The notes under the pieces are model-generated. The model saw only the letters and a program-made list of their open reading frames with translations, searched no databases and was not told where the DNA came from. A stretch of 64,000 nt of DNA from Dimorphilus gyrociliatus (lineage: Eukaryota; Animalia; Annelida): positions 1 to 64,000 of the forward strand of contig CAJFCJ010000045.1 of assembly GCA_904063045.1 (NCBI GenBank), written 5' to 3'. A program made the position numbers and the translations under genes. Shown one piece after another: positions 1 through 11,637 of this stretch (the stretch's first letter is position 1; each line of letters opens with the position of its first letter).

Positions 1-672
1 CTTCAATGCAGTTGTCCTATTCTGGAAAATCGACTATAGACACATTTCTAGATAATATAAGAATATTAAAAATGGCGAACAACCAACTACTTTACTATTA
101 TCTTTAGGATCATTACTTTAATGATATATTACCAATTCTTAAGAAGTTTCTTCAGGAAAGAAATGAATTTCTCTATCATTTTTTCCATTTTGTTTATACA
201 GGAATGAAAAGAATAAATTAAGACAATTTCAACCGCAATAATTGAAAATCCTTTCAAGGATATCTGCAAAGAATTCTTTGAAGATTGCGTAGAACGTTCG
301 CAAATGTTAATATTCAAGGGACGCTGATCTATTCTTGATGTCATTTAATTTAATGTACATTACCAATGGGTAATAGCAGGAACCAAAGAAGCATTTGGAG
401 CAATTGTACAGGATATTGTCAATTAATTAAGTTGGTTTAATATCAACAAACAACAATAATGATATTATAATAATTAATTAATTAATAATTTTTAATTAGA
501 AATAATATCGAAATCCCAAAAATAAAGACCTATTTAAACGCATTGTGGAAAAGGCTTTGATTTTAATAGCGTCGCTTATCAAGAGGCTGTTCTCAATTTT
601 TATACGAATTAGATTGGAAGGTAAAACTAAGATAATATTTTTTGTCATCTAATATACATTTATCTATTATAG

Positions 673-878
673 GATGACTTTAAACCTTCATAATATACTG
701 AAAAAACTTCGAAGGAACGTTGAACGAAACGCGAATCTTTTCTATAGCAAGATTCAATGTTTGGATGACTCAACTCTCATTGAAAAGATGGATGCTTGTA
801 ATAGGTAACGTTTTAAGTTATTTTAATTAACCATACCTTTCTATTACCATTTCTCTTCGTAGAAAAGTGAAAGTTTAA
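673..878 (+). CDS. Probable last two exons of an unidentified gene (673-804, 863-878), or a short ORF
   Basis: AG acceptor at 671-672, 132-nt open exon (MTLNLHNILKKLRRNVERNANLFYSKIQ...), GTAAC donor at 805, 58-nt intron ending TTCGTAG, then RKVKV-TAA in matching phase. No family recognised; upstream exons not resolved. Confidence 0.3.
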
Positions 879-1499
879 GGAATTGACGGATAGTTACGTA
901 ATTTATTCAACGCTTTACGTAATAATGTTACCAATAAATAGCATCCTTCGATTTCCTACATTTTGTATGTACAAGAGTAGAATTTATACGCAATACAATC
1001 GTTATTACGTAATAATACTAACGATATTTCATAAAAGAATCTTCTAGCATATAGAATCGTACGTATCACACCATAATTGAACATTTCGATCGCTTTCCAA
1101 AGGTTTAATGTCCTCCTGACAAAGAACTTTTAAAAGCTTTTTTATCCATTTCTTTAATTTCTTTCTGATAAGAAGAGACGTTTAATTGTTATAATTTAAA
1201 TTATTAATTAAAAACTATATTATTGATTACTTGTAGATAATCGCCAAAGTTTTGTAATTCGAAAAAGTTCATTAGAAAAGGAAATTACCGCATGATACGC
1301 AATTCTCTTCGTAAACGGCTAGGATTATTATCATTAATTTCTTACAAATTGGCTTCCATTTACTAACATTATCGGACATTTTACTGTAAGATAATTGAAA
1401 ACAATTCTTTTTATTACATAATGTAATTGAATAATGGTAGAGAGATGAGGGAAGAGCGGAGGGAAGGGGAAAGAGAGCTGTTGTTCTCTCTTATTCTTT

Positions 1500-1877
1500 C
1501 TACTTACTTATCATAAATAAATTTAAAGCGATCAAAATTATTTGTAATCCTCTAGCTCCAGGTGAATTTTCGCTGTATCCATTTTTACTACAAATCTTCA
1601 ACTGCAATAGATTTAAAAATTCTGTTACAGTTTGTACTGTATATTTTCTTTGCGGTATATTTGAGAAATCTTCTGATAAATTGTTCAGATTATCAGCAGT
1701 TAATTTACTTAAAGGACAATATTTCTGAACTATTTTAGTTTCTTCTGTCATGTTGATCTCAAAATTATATAACTGTAAAAATGGGAAAAACTGCAAATTA
1801 CGCCACACTATATAGAGAAAATTTGCTGATTGTGTAGTCACGTTTGAACTGAATATGCTTTTTTTTATAACCTTCAC
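1500..1877 (-). CDS. Probable coding exon, possibly a downstream exon of the minus-strand TRPM gene
   Basis: The ORF begins right after a CCTCAAAG acceptor (1880-1878) and ends at a GTAAGT donor near 1505. Its phase 0 matches the phase-0 donor at 4201 of the TRPM gene. Product not recognised. Confidence 0.3.
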   Translation of the reverse strand: MKVIKKSIFSSNVTTQSANFLYIVWRNLQFFPFLQLYNFEINMTEETKIVQKYCPLSKLTADNLNNLSEDFSNIPQRKYTVQTVTEFLNLLQLKICSKNGYSENSPGARGLQIILIALNLFMISK

Positions 1878-2202
1878 CTTTGAGGATATTGATTAAACGG
1901 TCACTTATTGAACACAGTTGTCATAGGTGATAGGGACAGAAACTATTAAGTCTAAGGTTTCAGCCAAAAGAGAACGATTTCTAAATTCATAATTACCAGT
2001 TTCTTCTAGTAGAAATATATTATATTTTGTTAAAAGGAACATGCTCTGACAGGTGATAATCAGCTATTTAGATAAATCAACATTTTACACTATTGCGATA
2101 TTACTCTCTTCAACAGGCTAAATCGTTCACGCATTCATTCTCAAAGAATTACTAATGATGACAAAAATGTTAACGGTTCTCTACACTGTAGGCCCCACGG
2201 GA

Positions 2203-2324
2203 TCAACAGAAAACGGCCCCAACAGAAAACGGCCACAAATCAACAGAAAACGGCCACAAATGAACAGAAACGGCCCCAACCGGAACAGAAAACGGCCCCA
2301 ATCAGAACAGAAAACGGCCACAAA
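2203..2324 (+). repeat. Left subterminal tandem array, about 6 copies of AACAGAAAACGGCC(C/A)
   Basis: Directly visible; it explains the spurious 2155..2349 ORF. Confidence 0.9.
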
Positions 2325-2515
2325 ATTTCGAAATATACAATACTCATAAATTGAATAGAATAAGTTAATTTAAAATTTTTTTCTATTAGTTAGTAAATAT
2401 TGGATGAAAAAATATTAAATTGTCCACCAGTTTTTCCTAAGAGGTTGAATATTTTGCACTATTTTTTAAATTCCTGCCAATAGGTTAAAGCAGCTCAAAG
2501 GAGATTTTTGCCACA

Positions 2516-3890
2516 ATGCTACCATATTGTTTTGGATGTAAGAAAAAGATTAATAAGCTGAAGCAAGGTGTTTGTTCACTTTGTCATCATAAAGTCCATT
2601 GGGCTTGTTTATCAGGTAAGATCCAAATTGATTTTAATGTAAACTAAGCTCTTTCTTTTGTAGATGGATTATGTTCTATATGTTCAAGTGTTGATAAAAA
2701 AAGAATCAGAATTATTCTGAGCAAATGTGATGAAATTTTACAAGATAAATCTACCAATAAAGTCTCAAATGCTGAAAATATAGATCTAAATCATTCAAGA
2801 GAAGAGATAGATGTGCAAAATATAATAATGGATGTTGATCATGAAGAAGTGGTTACCCTTATTGAAACACTGAATTGTGATGCAGAGTACAGGCTTGTTG
2901 ATAATCTTAGTGAAAGCAGCCCTCTGCATGGAAATATATTACATTTGAATGAGAATGATATCAATATGGAGGAGTCCTTTGAAAGTATACCAGAGGTGAA
3001 CTATGACAGCAATGGTAAATTCAGAATATTCCCTACAGGAAGTCAAAAAGGCAAAGAATTACTTGTATCTAATGGTCACTCATTTGTTGTCAAAAGAAAA
3101 GACAAGACTTCCATAATTTGGAGATGTGGAGTTTTAATGCATTTAATATTCATTTCACTGTTTTTCAGTGCATTAATCAACTGCTACAATATAAGGAACC
3201 AAAAAGATAGTTATGGATTTTGAAAAAGCTGTTTGGAAAGCTGTATTAAATAATTGGGAAAATGTAAATCTGTCAGGATGCTTATTCCATTGGAATCAGG
3301 CAGTTTATAGAAAAATTCAGGTATTATTCAACCTAAAACTCAAACTGGAGTCATTTTTAATTTTGTTTTTTTAGGAGCTTGGTTATTCATCAGACTTCAA
3401 CAAAAAAAATGGACAATGGTTTGAAATGAGACAGCTAATGGCTTTGCCATTCCTTCCATCTCACATTATTCCAATAGAGTTTATTAAAAATAAGGATTAC
3501 CTTAAATCAATTGATAAACTTGCTGATTTTATTGATTATTTTGAAAGAACTTGGATTTTGAATGATGTTTGGTCACCAAAATGTTGGTCTATCTATCAAT
3601 GTGCAATCAGAACAAATAATGATGTTGAGGGATTTCACAATAGGTTGAATGGAAATGTTGGAGTGAATGTTTCATTTTATTCTGTGATAGATGAATTGAA
3701 AAGGGAAGCAGACCTTATAGCAGCATATCAAAGAATGTTATCAGAAAAGAAGATATTAAGATACCAAAGAAAGTTTTATAAGAACCTCCAAAATAAAATA
3801 TTTTCAATTTGGGAAAGATTTGAAAAGCATGAGATTACTTCATCAGAAGTTCTAGTAAAGTGTTCTGAACTTTATTTAGTAGCTCAATAA
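2516..3890 (+). CDS. PHD-finger / partial FLYWCH / C-terminal MULE transposase, spliced (2516-2615, 2664-3130, 3169-3320, 3375-3890)
   Basis: ATG at 2516. MLPYCFGC...CSLCHHKVHWACLS|DGLCSIC has C4HC3 PHD spacing across a 48-nt GT-AG intron. ELLVSNGHSFVVKRKDKTSIIWRC is the N-half of FLYWCH. DFE, GCLFHW and RTNNDVEGFH motifs follow. The first catalytic Asp region (DGTF-type) and the C-half of FLYWCH are absent. Confidence 0.75.
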
Positions 3891-4019
3891 ATAAATCAAT
3901 TGTTGTTAAATTGCATGATCTTTTAAGTTGTAGTCTCATAATGTATTCAACTCTTCAAATAAACACACTTTCAAAATTTAATTCATTTCTTGTTTTATAT
4001 ATTTTAGGTTGAAGAATCC

Positions 4020-4080
4020 TGTGGCTGTTTTCTGTCTCAGTTGGGGCCGTTTTCTGTTGATTTGTGGCCGTTTTCTGTCG
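4020..4080 (-). repeat. Right subterminal array, inverted relative to 2203-2324
   Basis: GGCCGTTTTCTGT twice plus one variant, GGCTGTTTTCTGT. Confidence 0.9.
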
Positions 4081-4189
4081 TATTCGGCCCCACTTTTGCA
4101 GTAGAGGACCATAATTTGTCAATAGCAGTCCTGACAATCTGAAATGAATGTTGAACATAAAAAGTGAACAAAGAATTCTAATTGGTCGG

Positions 4190-7100
4190 TTAACTACTTA
4201 CTCCTGAGCGGAAAAAATAGTGAAAACTATAATTGAAGTCGTATCTTTTATAACGATAAATAATTTCGGATCTCGCTTCAATTCTATTATATGTACTTGC
4301 AAACATAGCAATAAGCAAATTAACCAACACAATAATAGCTCCAAATAGATAAATTGCCATCAGTATTACTGCTACTGCTGAATTTTGTGGACAACGATCG
4401 CTGCTACCATTTATAGATGTTGAATTACACGATTCTTCATCATTTCCCGTAATTTCTTCAAGAAATAATTCTCCGTATATTTGCCAATATGGCACGTATA
4501 CAATATTTTTGAAAAGGGTAAGTCCAAGTGGAAAATTGGGATATAAAAGTCCTTGTAGGGCAACTCCATAGGCCAATATAAATATTAAGAATATTGGAAT
4601 CATTACTCCTGTATCTTTAATCATTTCAAAAATCATAATTAGCCTTATTCCAAATGTTTGCCAATTGTATAAGAATAGTGCAGTTCTCAAATAAAACAAC
4701 GAAATTGAAATGGCGTAAAAGCTTCTTACAACTGCAAAGTTCTTGTTTGGTATTACAAAAATAAGTATTACTGATAGTAAACAGAAAATGAATATAAGCA
4801 ATTCAAGAATATTCCAAATATCATCTGTCAAATGTTTCCGATATTGTAGAAGACTCAGCTCTTTTATCTATTTTATATGGGGGAGGTAGAGGGGAGGGAG
4901 GGGAAGACAGAAATTGTCATTACAGTGAATTATGGGAATGAATTTGTTACCTGACTTATTTCCATCAGTACAATAAGACTAAGGAAAAAGTAAAAAGCCA
5001 CTTCGCTAACATGTAAAGATTTATCAGTTTTTGGTTGAAGATCAATTAAATAATAGAAGGAGAATGTGAATAAACATAGAAGATGGAGTATCTGTTGATT
5101 GAATGGTAAAATTAGAAAATTAGAACAGTTAATTAAATATCATACTTACGAAAGCTATCCAAAATTTTACTATTGGTGAAAAATTGGTTCCGTTGCCCAA
5201 GTTTCCTCGCCATAATTCATTCAAATACCATTGGCCAAATGCACTGGCAATATATTCTTTAAATCCTACAGCTCTAGCCCAGTCTATGGAATTTGGTCTC
5301 TGCTTCGCTTCTTCCTTTACTTTTTTGTCAATATTGTTTTCATCATTTTCACAAGCATCATTTAAATATCTAAGGGCTTTGTCTTTCCAAACTTGTTTCC
5401 TCTCTAACAAGGATGTAGCTAAAAAAGTATCACATTCCTTGATTGCCTCTTTCCTAGCCCGTTTTAAAATTCCAAAAGCAAATATAGCCAATTTTAAAGG
5501 ATTGTTACTCTTCAGCCAAAAGTATTCCGAGACTTTTGTCTTGTTGGCAATAATTGACCAAGCAAATATGAATGTTATGTCATCACCATCTAACAATTTA
5601 TTTTCCAGTGAGCTATAAACTGAACAATTCTTATCAAAATGTTCATTAAATAAATTCAGTACAGCATTCTTAAACTCTTTTTTGAAATTATTAAGCTTTT
5701 CTTTATGATTTTGAGCATCTTCATTTTCATTAAAGGCTTCATTATTCAAAATGCTTAAGAGTTTTTCAGCCCCTTCACACGATTGTTTCTTATTAAACTC
5801 TTCAAGACGCACATTGTAGTCTTTAATCGATTTCCCTTCACCATTTAACTTTTCTAAGACAACAATTGGCTTTTTCTCTAAATTCTGAATGAATTTAAAA
5901 CCTTTAACGTTGTTAAGTGAAAGTGGAAAAAGTTCATCAGGGTAGAAAGTCTTTGTTACATCTGGAAAAATACTATGAACTATTTCAACGACACGTTTAT
6001 TGTCACTTTTTAAGGAATCTGTAAAGAATTCTTGGTAATTTTGAAATTTTTCTTTTTCAATGTAAGGATCAAAATCTTCCTTAAACTGTTTATGAGTAAT
6101 TCCCCAGCGGATTGCCAATTCAAATTGATCATCATCATTTAATTTGTTGAAATAGGCATCTTCAATAGCAGTTTTTAAATCTTCTTTATATAAATTAACT
6201 ATATGAATTTGATCTTTGTATTTAGAAATTGTTTTACACAATTCAAAACATTCATCTACTTTTTTTGTCATTGTAAGATTTTTTATCTTCTTTTTCCATA
6301 AATCGGAAATTTCACTTTCTGCCTTTTCAGATTTAATTATAGAAATAAATCTATAAAGAAATAATGATGTTTTTCCACATTTTCTAATGATAAATACATT
6401 AGGTTTTTTATCAATTCTATGATTTTTCACTGTTAGTATGTTGCATATTTCTTGTAGAGTTTTGTATATTTCACCGCCAATTACTATTAATATTGAAATT
6501 AAATAGAAATCAGGAATTTTATCTTCCGCTTGTGTAATTTGTTTCTGCAATATCGCTTTAGGGAGAAATGATTTTTTAAGTGATTTATAGTGGTCATATT
6601 TCTCTTTATGATTAGGGCACTCCTCCTTTGAGCTATGTTCAAGACATGACGGTTCTGTACTATATAATTTAATTTTCTTTTCTTGTGTCGCCTTTTTACA
6701 GGGTCCTAATAATTTTGAACATCCATCAATTAATATCAATGGTTTGAATACTTTTACAACTACATTAAATTTCTTTTCAAAGATTCTCATAAACTGATTA
6801 TCAAAGTTATCGTGCTCGTCATTATTGTTAAATGTTATAAATAAATGTTTGCCTTTCAGTATATCTTTCCTTTCTTTCAAAGTATTTTTTACAGTTGCGT
6901 TGTCTTGTTCATCAATAAAGTAGGATGGATAATTTTCTTCATAAATCTCTTGAAGACAGTCTTTTAAACCATTTTCCTCTTTTTTGAATGTTTTCAAATA
7001 TTTCTTGCACTCTTCATTCATCTTCTCATCTTTAATTTCAGTTGGAGAAATAATATATTTTTTAGACTTTAACCTTTGAATAACCTCATCATTACTATTG

Positions 7101-8207
7101 CCTTCAAAATTAATTAAGACATCAATAACCTTTTCATGTTGTGTCTGAACATGTTTAATGAATGCTTCTTTAGTTTCCATTTCATCCTCACCTTCTCCAA
7201 GAAAATAGAAATATTGATGATTTAGGTCCAAACCGGCACCCTTTAATGTCTCTTGACTTACACTATCTTTATTTTTGATTGTATTATGTTCACCCTTTAC
7301 AAATCCACACCATATAGATTTGTTGTCATTTGTAGCTTTTGTCAATAATCTATTTGATTTTCCATCAGTTAAAAATAATGATGCATTTTCTGTTAGATGA
7401 TGCTTAATTTGTTGAATATTATCATCAGATAGAGTTGAATATGGTAGTTGTATTATAAAGTTTGGTTTCATGTTGAAATTAGGAAAGTTTTTAACCATAC
7501 AATTTACTCCAATATCAGATAAATATGATTTTCTTACAAATATTTTCTCTTTATTAATTATATTGAATATAATTATCTTGAGAAAGTCGTCTCTCTTTTC
7601 ATCGGCTATTCTTAACCATTCAGTATTTTTTGTCACCTTGTTAGCTAAACGATGTTTATTTTTATTGTTCAACCATATTACATCTTGTCTCTTAGCTAAA
7701 CAGTTTTGTATTTTTACTAAATTATCATCATTTTCATCAAAAATCAAATGAATTACTTCATTTTCCATCTCTCTCTTCAAATCATCAACAATCGATAAAT
7801 AATTAACATTTCCCTCATCGTTTTCTTTTGGATTATATATAACTATTGGAACAGGACAACCTCCATTTTCCTCATATTTTTTAATACTTTTTAATAGTAA
7901 TTTCAATGCAGGATATTCAAGACTATCCGATGTTATTAATACTTTCTTTTCTTTAAGAATATCTATAAAATTCTCTATAAATTTGTTTTCAATCTCTTCT
8001 TTTTGCTCATCAAATGTGTCATTTGAAGGATGACAGACAATTGTTAGATCAAATTTATCAATAGAAAATTTTTCTTTTAGTTTTGATAAAATTATTGTTG
8101 AAGGTGATGCTGCAATCTCTTTTTTTGAAGAAGAAGAATCTGCGGTTTTATCTCTTGATGAAGAAGAATCTGGAGTCTTTTCTGTCGATGAAGAATCTGC
8201 AGTCTTC
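4190..8207 (-). CDS. TRPM-family cation channel, downstream copy lacking its own 5' end (exons ~8207-5150, 5091-4951, 4867-4202 or read-through to 4190)
   Basis: SLOG-like N-terminus, pre-S1 YLNELWRG, 141-nt S1-S2 exon (ILHLLCLFTFSFYYLIDL...MEISQ), S3-S6 with LLYPN and PYWQIYGELFLEEI pore, LVNLLIAMFASTY S6, and a TRP-helix-like segment. Canonical GT-AG introns at 5149-5092 and 4950-4868. No in-frame ATG at its 5' junction (the ORF-track start at 8272 is TTG). Confidence 0.85.
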
Positions 8208-10729
8208 AATTCTATTATATGTACTTGCAAACATAGCAATAAGCAAATTAACCAACACAATAATAGCTCCAAATAGATAAATTGCCATCAGTATTACTGC
8301 TACTGCTGAATTTTGTGGACAACGATCGCTGCTACCATTTATAGATGTTGAATTACACGATTCTTCATCATTTCCTGTAATTTCTTCAAGAAATAATTCT
8401 CCGTATATTTGCCAATATGGCACGTATACAATATTTTTGAAAAGGGTAAGTCCAAATGGAAAATTGGGATATAAAAGTCCTTGTAGGGCAACTCCATAGG
8501 CCAATATAAATATTAAGAATATTGGAATCATTACTCCTGTATCTTTAATCATTTCAAAAATCATAATTAGCCTTATTCCAATTGCTTTCCAATAGTATAA
8601 GAATAGTGCAGTTCTCAAATAAAACAACGAAATTGAAATGGCGTAAAAGCTTCTTACAACTGCAAAGTTCTTGTTTGGTATTACAAAAATAAGTATTACT
8701 GATAGTAAACAGAAAATGAATATAAGCAATTCAAGAATATTCCAAATATCATCTGTCAAATGTTTCCGATATTGTAGAAGACTCAGCTTTCTCTCGTCAT
8801 ATTTCTCTTTATGATTAGGGCACTCCTCCTTTGAGCTATGTTCAAGACATGACGGTTCTGTACTATATAATTTAATTTTCTTTTCTTGTGTCGCCTTTTT
8901 ACAGGGTCCTAATAATTTTGAACATCCATCAATTAATATCAATGGTTTGAATACTTTTACAACTACATTAAATTTCTTTTCAAAGATTCTCATAAACTGA
9001 TTATCAAAGTTATCGTGCTCGTCATTATTGTTAAATGTTATAAATAAATGTTTGCCTTTCAGTATATCTTTCCTTTCTTTCAAAGTATTTTTTACAGTTG
9101 CGTTGTCTTGTTCATCAATAAAGTAGGATGGATAATTTTCTTCATAAATCTCTTGAAGACAGTCTTTTAAACCATTTTCCTCTTTTTTGAATGTTTTCAA
9201 ATATTTCTTGCACTCTTCATTCATCTTCTCATCTTTAATTTCAGTTGGAGAAATAATATATTTTTTAGACTTTAACCTTTGAATAACCTCATCATTACTA
9301 TTGCCTTCAAAATTAATTAAGACATCAATAACCTTTTCATGTTGTGTCTGAACATGTTTAATGAATGCTTCTTTAGTTTCCATTTCATCCTCACCTTCTC
9401 CAAGAAAATAGAAATATTGATGATTTAGGTCCAAACCGGCACCCTTTAATGTCTCTTGACTTACACTATCTTTATTTTTGATTGTATTATGTTCACCCTT
9501 TACAAATCCACACCATATAGATTTGTTGTCATTTGTAGCTTTTGTCAATAATCTATTTGATTTTCCATCAGTTAAAAATAATGATGCATTTTCTGTTAGA
9601 TGATGCTTAATTTGTTGAATATTATCATCAGATAGAGTTGAATATGGTAGTTGTATTATAAAGTTTGGTTTCATGTTGAAATTAGGAAAGTTTTTAACCA
9701 TACAATTTACTCCAATATCAGATAAATATGATTTTCTTACAAATATTTTCTCTTTATTAATTATATTGAATATAATTATCTTGAGAAAGTCGTCTCTCTT
9801 TTCATCGGCTATTCTTAACCATTCAGTATTTTTTGTCACCTTGTTAGCTAAACGATGTTTATTTTTATTGTTCAACCATATTACATCTTGTCTCTTAGCT
9901 AAACAGTTTTGTATTTTTACTAAATTATCATCATTTTCATCAAAAATCAAATGAATTACTTCATTTTCCATCTCTCTCTTCAAATCATCAACAATCGATA
10001 AATAATTAACATTTCCCTCATCGTTTTCTTTTGGATTATATATAACTATTGGAACAGGACAACCTCCATTTTCCTCATATTTTTTAATACTTTTTAATAG
10101 TAATTTCAATGCAGGATATTCAAGACTATCCGATGTTATTAATACTTTCTTTTCTTTAAGAATATCTATAAAATTCTCTATAAATTTGTTTTCAATCTCT
10201 TCTTTTTGCTCATCAAATGTGTCATTTGAAGGATGACAGACAATTGTTAGATCAAATTTATCAATAGAAAATTTTTCTTTTAGTTTTGATAAAATTATTG
10301 TTGAAGGTGATGCTGCAATCTCTTTTTTTGAAGAAGAAGAATCTGCGGTTTTATCTCTTGATGAAGAAGAATCTGGAGTCTTTTCTGTCGATGAAGAATC
10401 TGCAGTCTTTTCTGTCGATGAAGAATGTGCAGTCTTTTCTGTCAATGAAGAATCTGCGGTCTTATTTCTTGATTCAATCTCTTTATATGTTTCAATACAA
10501 ATTTCTCCATGAAAAATAATCATCTCCTTCTGAAAAGAGCAGTCAACTTAAGGTATTTTGTTTAATAATACAATCTGGTCAAAGAAATGAAATATTTAAT
10601 TCTTAAAGATTTTGCATTCATTTTTCTTTAAATTTTAATAGATTATAGGAAAAATAGTGTATTAAACGTTTTAAATACTGTAAATATTTTATTTACCGGC
10701 AAAGATGATTCTGGAGGAGGAGTTGCCAT
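8148..10729 (-). pseudogene. TRPM upstream copy: native start, internal in-frame deletion, then frameshift and early stop
   Basis: Exon 1 10729-10697 (MATPPPESSLP, GTAAAT donor) splices in phase to the acceptor at 10530. The N-terminal part matches the downstream copy at offset 2203. It jumps in frame (KYD-ERK-LSLLQY) to the S3-S6 block (offset 3928), then goes out of frame after YNRIE and stops at 8148. Confidence 0.75.
10322..10465 (-). repeat. 27-30 nt coding tandem repeat encoding (E/D)KTADSSS units
   Basis: About five GAAGAATCTGCAGTCTTTTCTGTCGAT-like units; a partial copy lies at ~8118-8207. Confidence 0.85.
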
Positions 10730-10862
10730 TCTTTTTAAAGAATTAGACATTTAAACTGTCGCTGTTCGAAGACAAATGAATAAATGAAGGATTGTCAGTA
10801 ATGCGAATAATTAAGTATCTTGGGTTTTCCAACTTTCGTTTTTGGCTAATTTTTTATCAATA

Positions 10863-10982
10863 TTTGCAGTGAAGCTGAGGATGAAACAGCCAGTTTTGTT
10901 ACGAGGTCTACATGATGGAATGGGGCATAGGCTCAAGCAATGTATCGAAAAAGATGGTAGTCACATCAAAAAAAAAGACTAA
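10863..10982 (+). mobile_element. Tc1/mariner-superfamily transposase C-terminal relic
   Basis: Translates to LRGLHDGMGHRLKQCIEKDGSHIK, resembling the M-x-x-R-L-x-x-C/V-I-x-x-x-G-x-H C-terminus of Tc1-type transposases. Short, and no TIR identified. Confidence 0.45.
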
Positions 10983-11308
10983 TATGAACGTTACTTCTCT
11001 TGTGCTAATTATTATGAAGCGTCCTTAGCAACCCTGGCCAAATAGGAAAAAAAATCAATGAAACGGTACATGATTGTATAAGAAAACAAAATGTTGTAAA
11101 ATCTTGCCTAGATCCTATTTGAAAGAAAATCTTATATAAATTTAAGTTTAATCTAACATTTTCACCAGGTACCTTTAACCTCTATACAAGACACACGTAC
11201 ATTCTCACACTCACATTCATGTGCATAGTTCGCAATTTTGCATCTTGGGGATCATGGATTGCAGATCACGAATGCTTTTACATGCTCACATTGCCATGCT
11301 TTTCATGA

Positions 11309-11327
11309 CACACACACACACACACAT
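11309..11327. repeat. (AC)n microsatellite; other SSRs at ~17669 (GTT), 25845 and 29908 (GA), 41645 (TC), 48056 (TG), 56550 (AT), 60117 (AC), 63705-63750 (GAAT/GA)
   Basis: Directly visible. Confidence 0.9.
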
Positions 11328-11637
11328 CTACCACTACCATACATAATATCATTTTTTACAAACTATATATCGGAAAATGAGAATGTTCCCATCATGCTTG
11401 CCAATAATCTATTTTATCTGTTATCCTTCTAATGTTCTTTTTATTAAATAGAATAATTCGTAATCCTAATCGTTAGATATTGTTATGGATTAAATTGGAA
11501 GAATGTTGGGAAAAGATGTAATTATTATTATTTAATATTTAATGTTATTTGCTGCGAGCCTAAAGCCTTTTTATCGTCTGTTCAAAATATTAATTGAATG
11601 GCGGAATTTCAATTGATATTTATCTAATAAAATTTTT

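Larger units (their letters stand above)
2175..4110 (+). mobile_element. Mutator-like DNA transposon (MULE), internally deleted, with inverted subterminal repeat arrays
   Basis: Internal ORF pieces carry MULE motifs: PKKIVMDFEKAVWKAV, GCLFHWNQAVYRKIQ, LMALPFLP, RTNNDVEGFHNRLN. Arrays of ACAGAAAACGGCC at the left end are mirrored by GGCCGTTTTCTGT at the right end. Outer ends are imperfect inverted matches (GGTTCTCTAC / GTAGAGGACC). No target-site duplication found. Confidence 0.85.

Noticed and set aside
2203-2324. CRISPR-like array
   Set aside because: The units are 13-22 nt with no unique spacers, are mirrored at the other end of a MULE, and the context is eukaryotic with no cas genes.
2155-2349. 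64-aa ORF with NRKRPQ repeats
   Set aside because: It is a translation of the transposon's subterminal repeat array; the same applies to 3955..4158.
2160-4125. 8-10 bp target-site duplication around the MULE
   Set aside because: The flanks (AAAATGTTAAC and ATAATTTGTC) do not match, so the exact ends remain approximate.
8208-8272. Apparent signal peptide MELLLCWLICLLLCLQ on the 1047-aa ORF
   Set aside because: The start codon is TTG, and the text is an alternative frame of the TRPM S6 helix created by the duplication junction.
11238-11432. His-rich 64-aa ORF
   Set aside because: Non-ATG start, and the His/Thr run comes from the (AC)n microsatellite.
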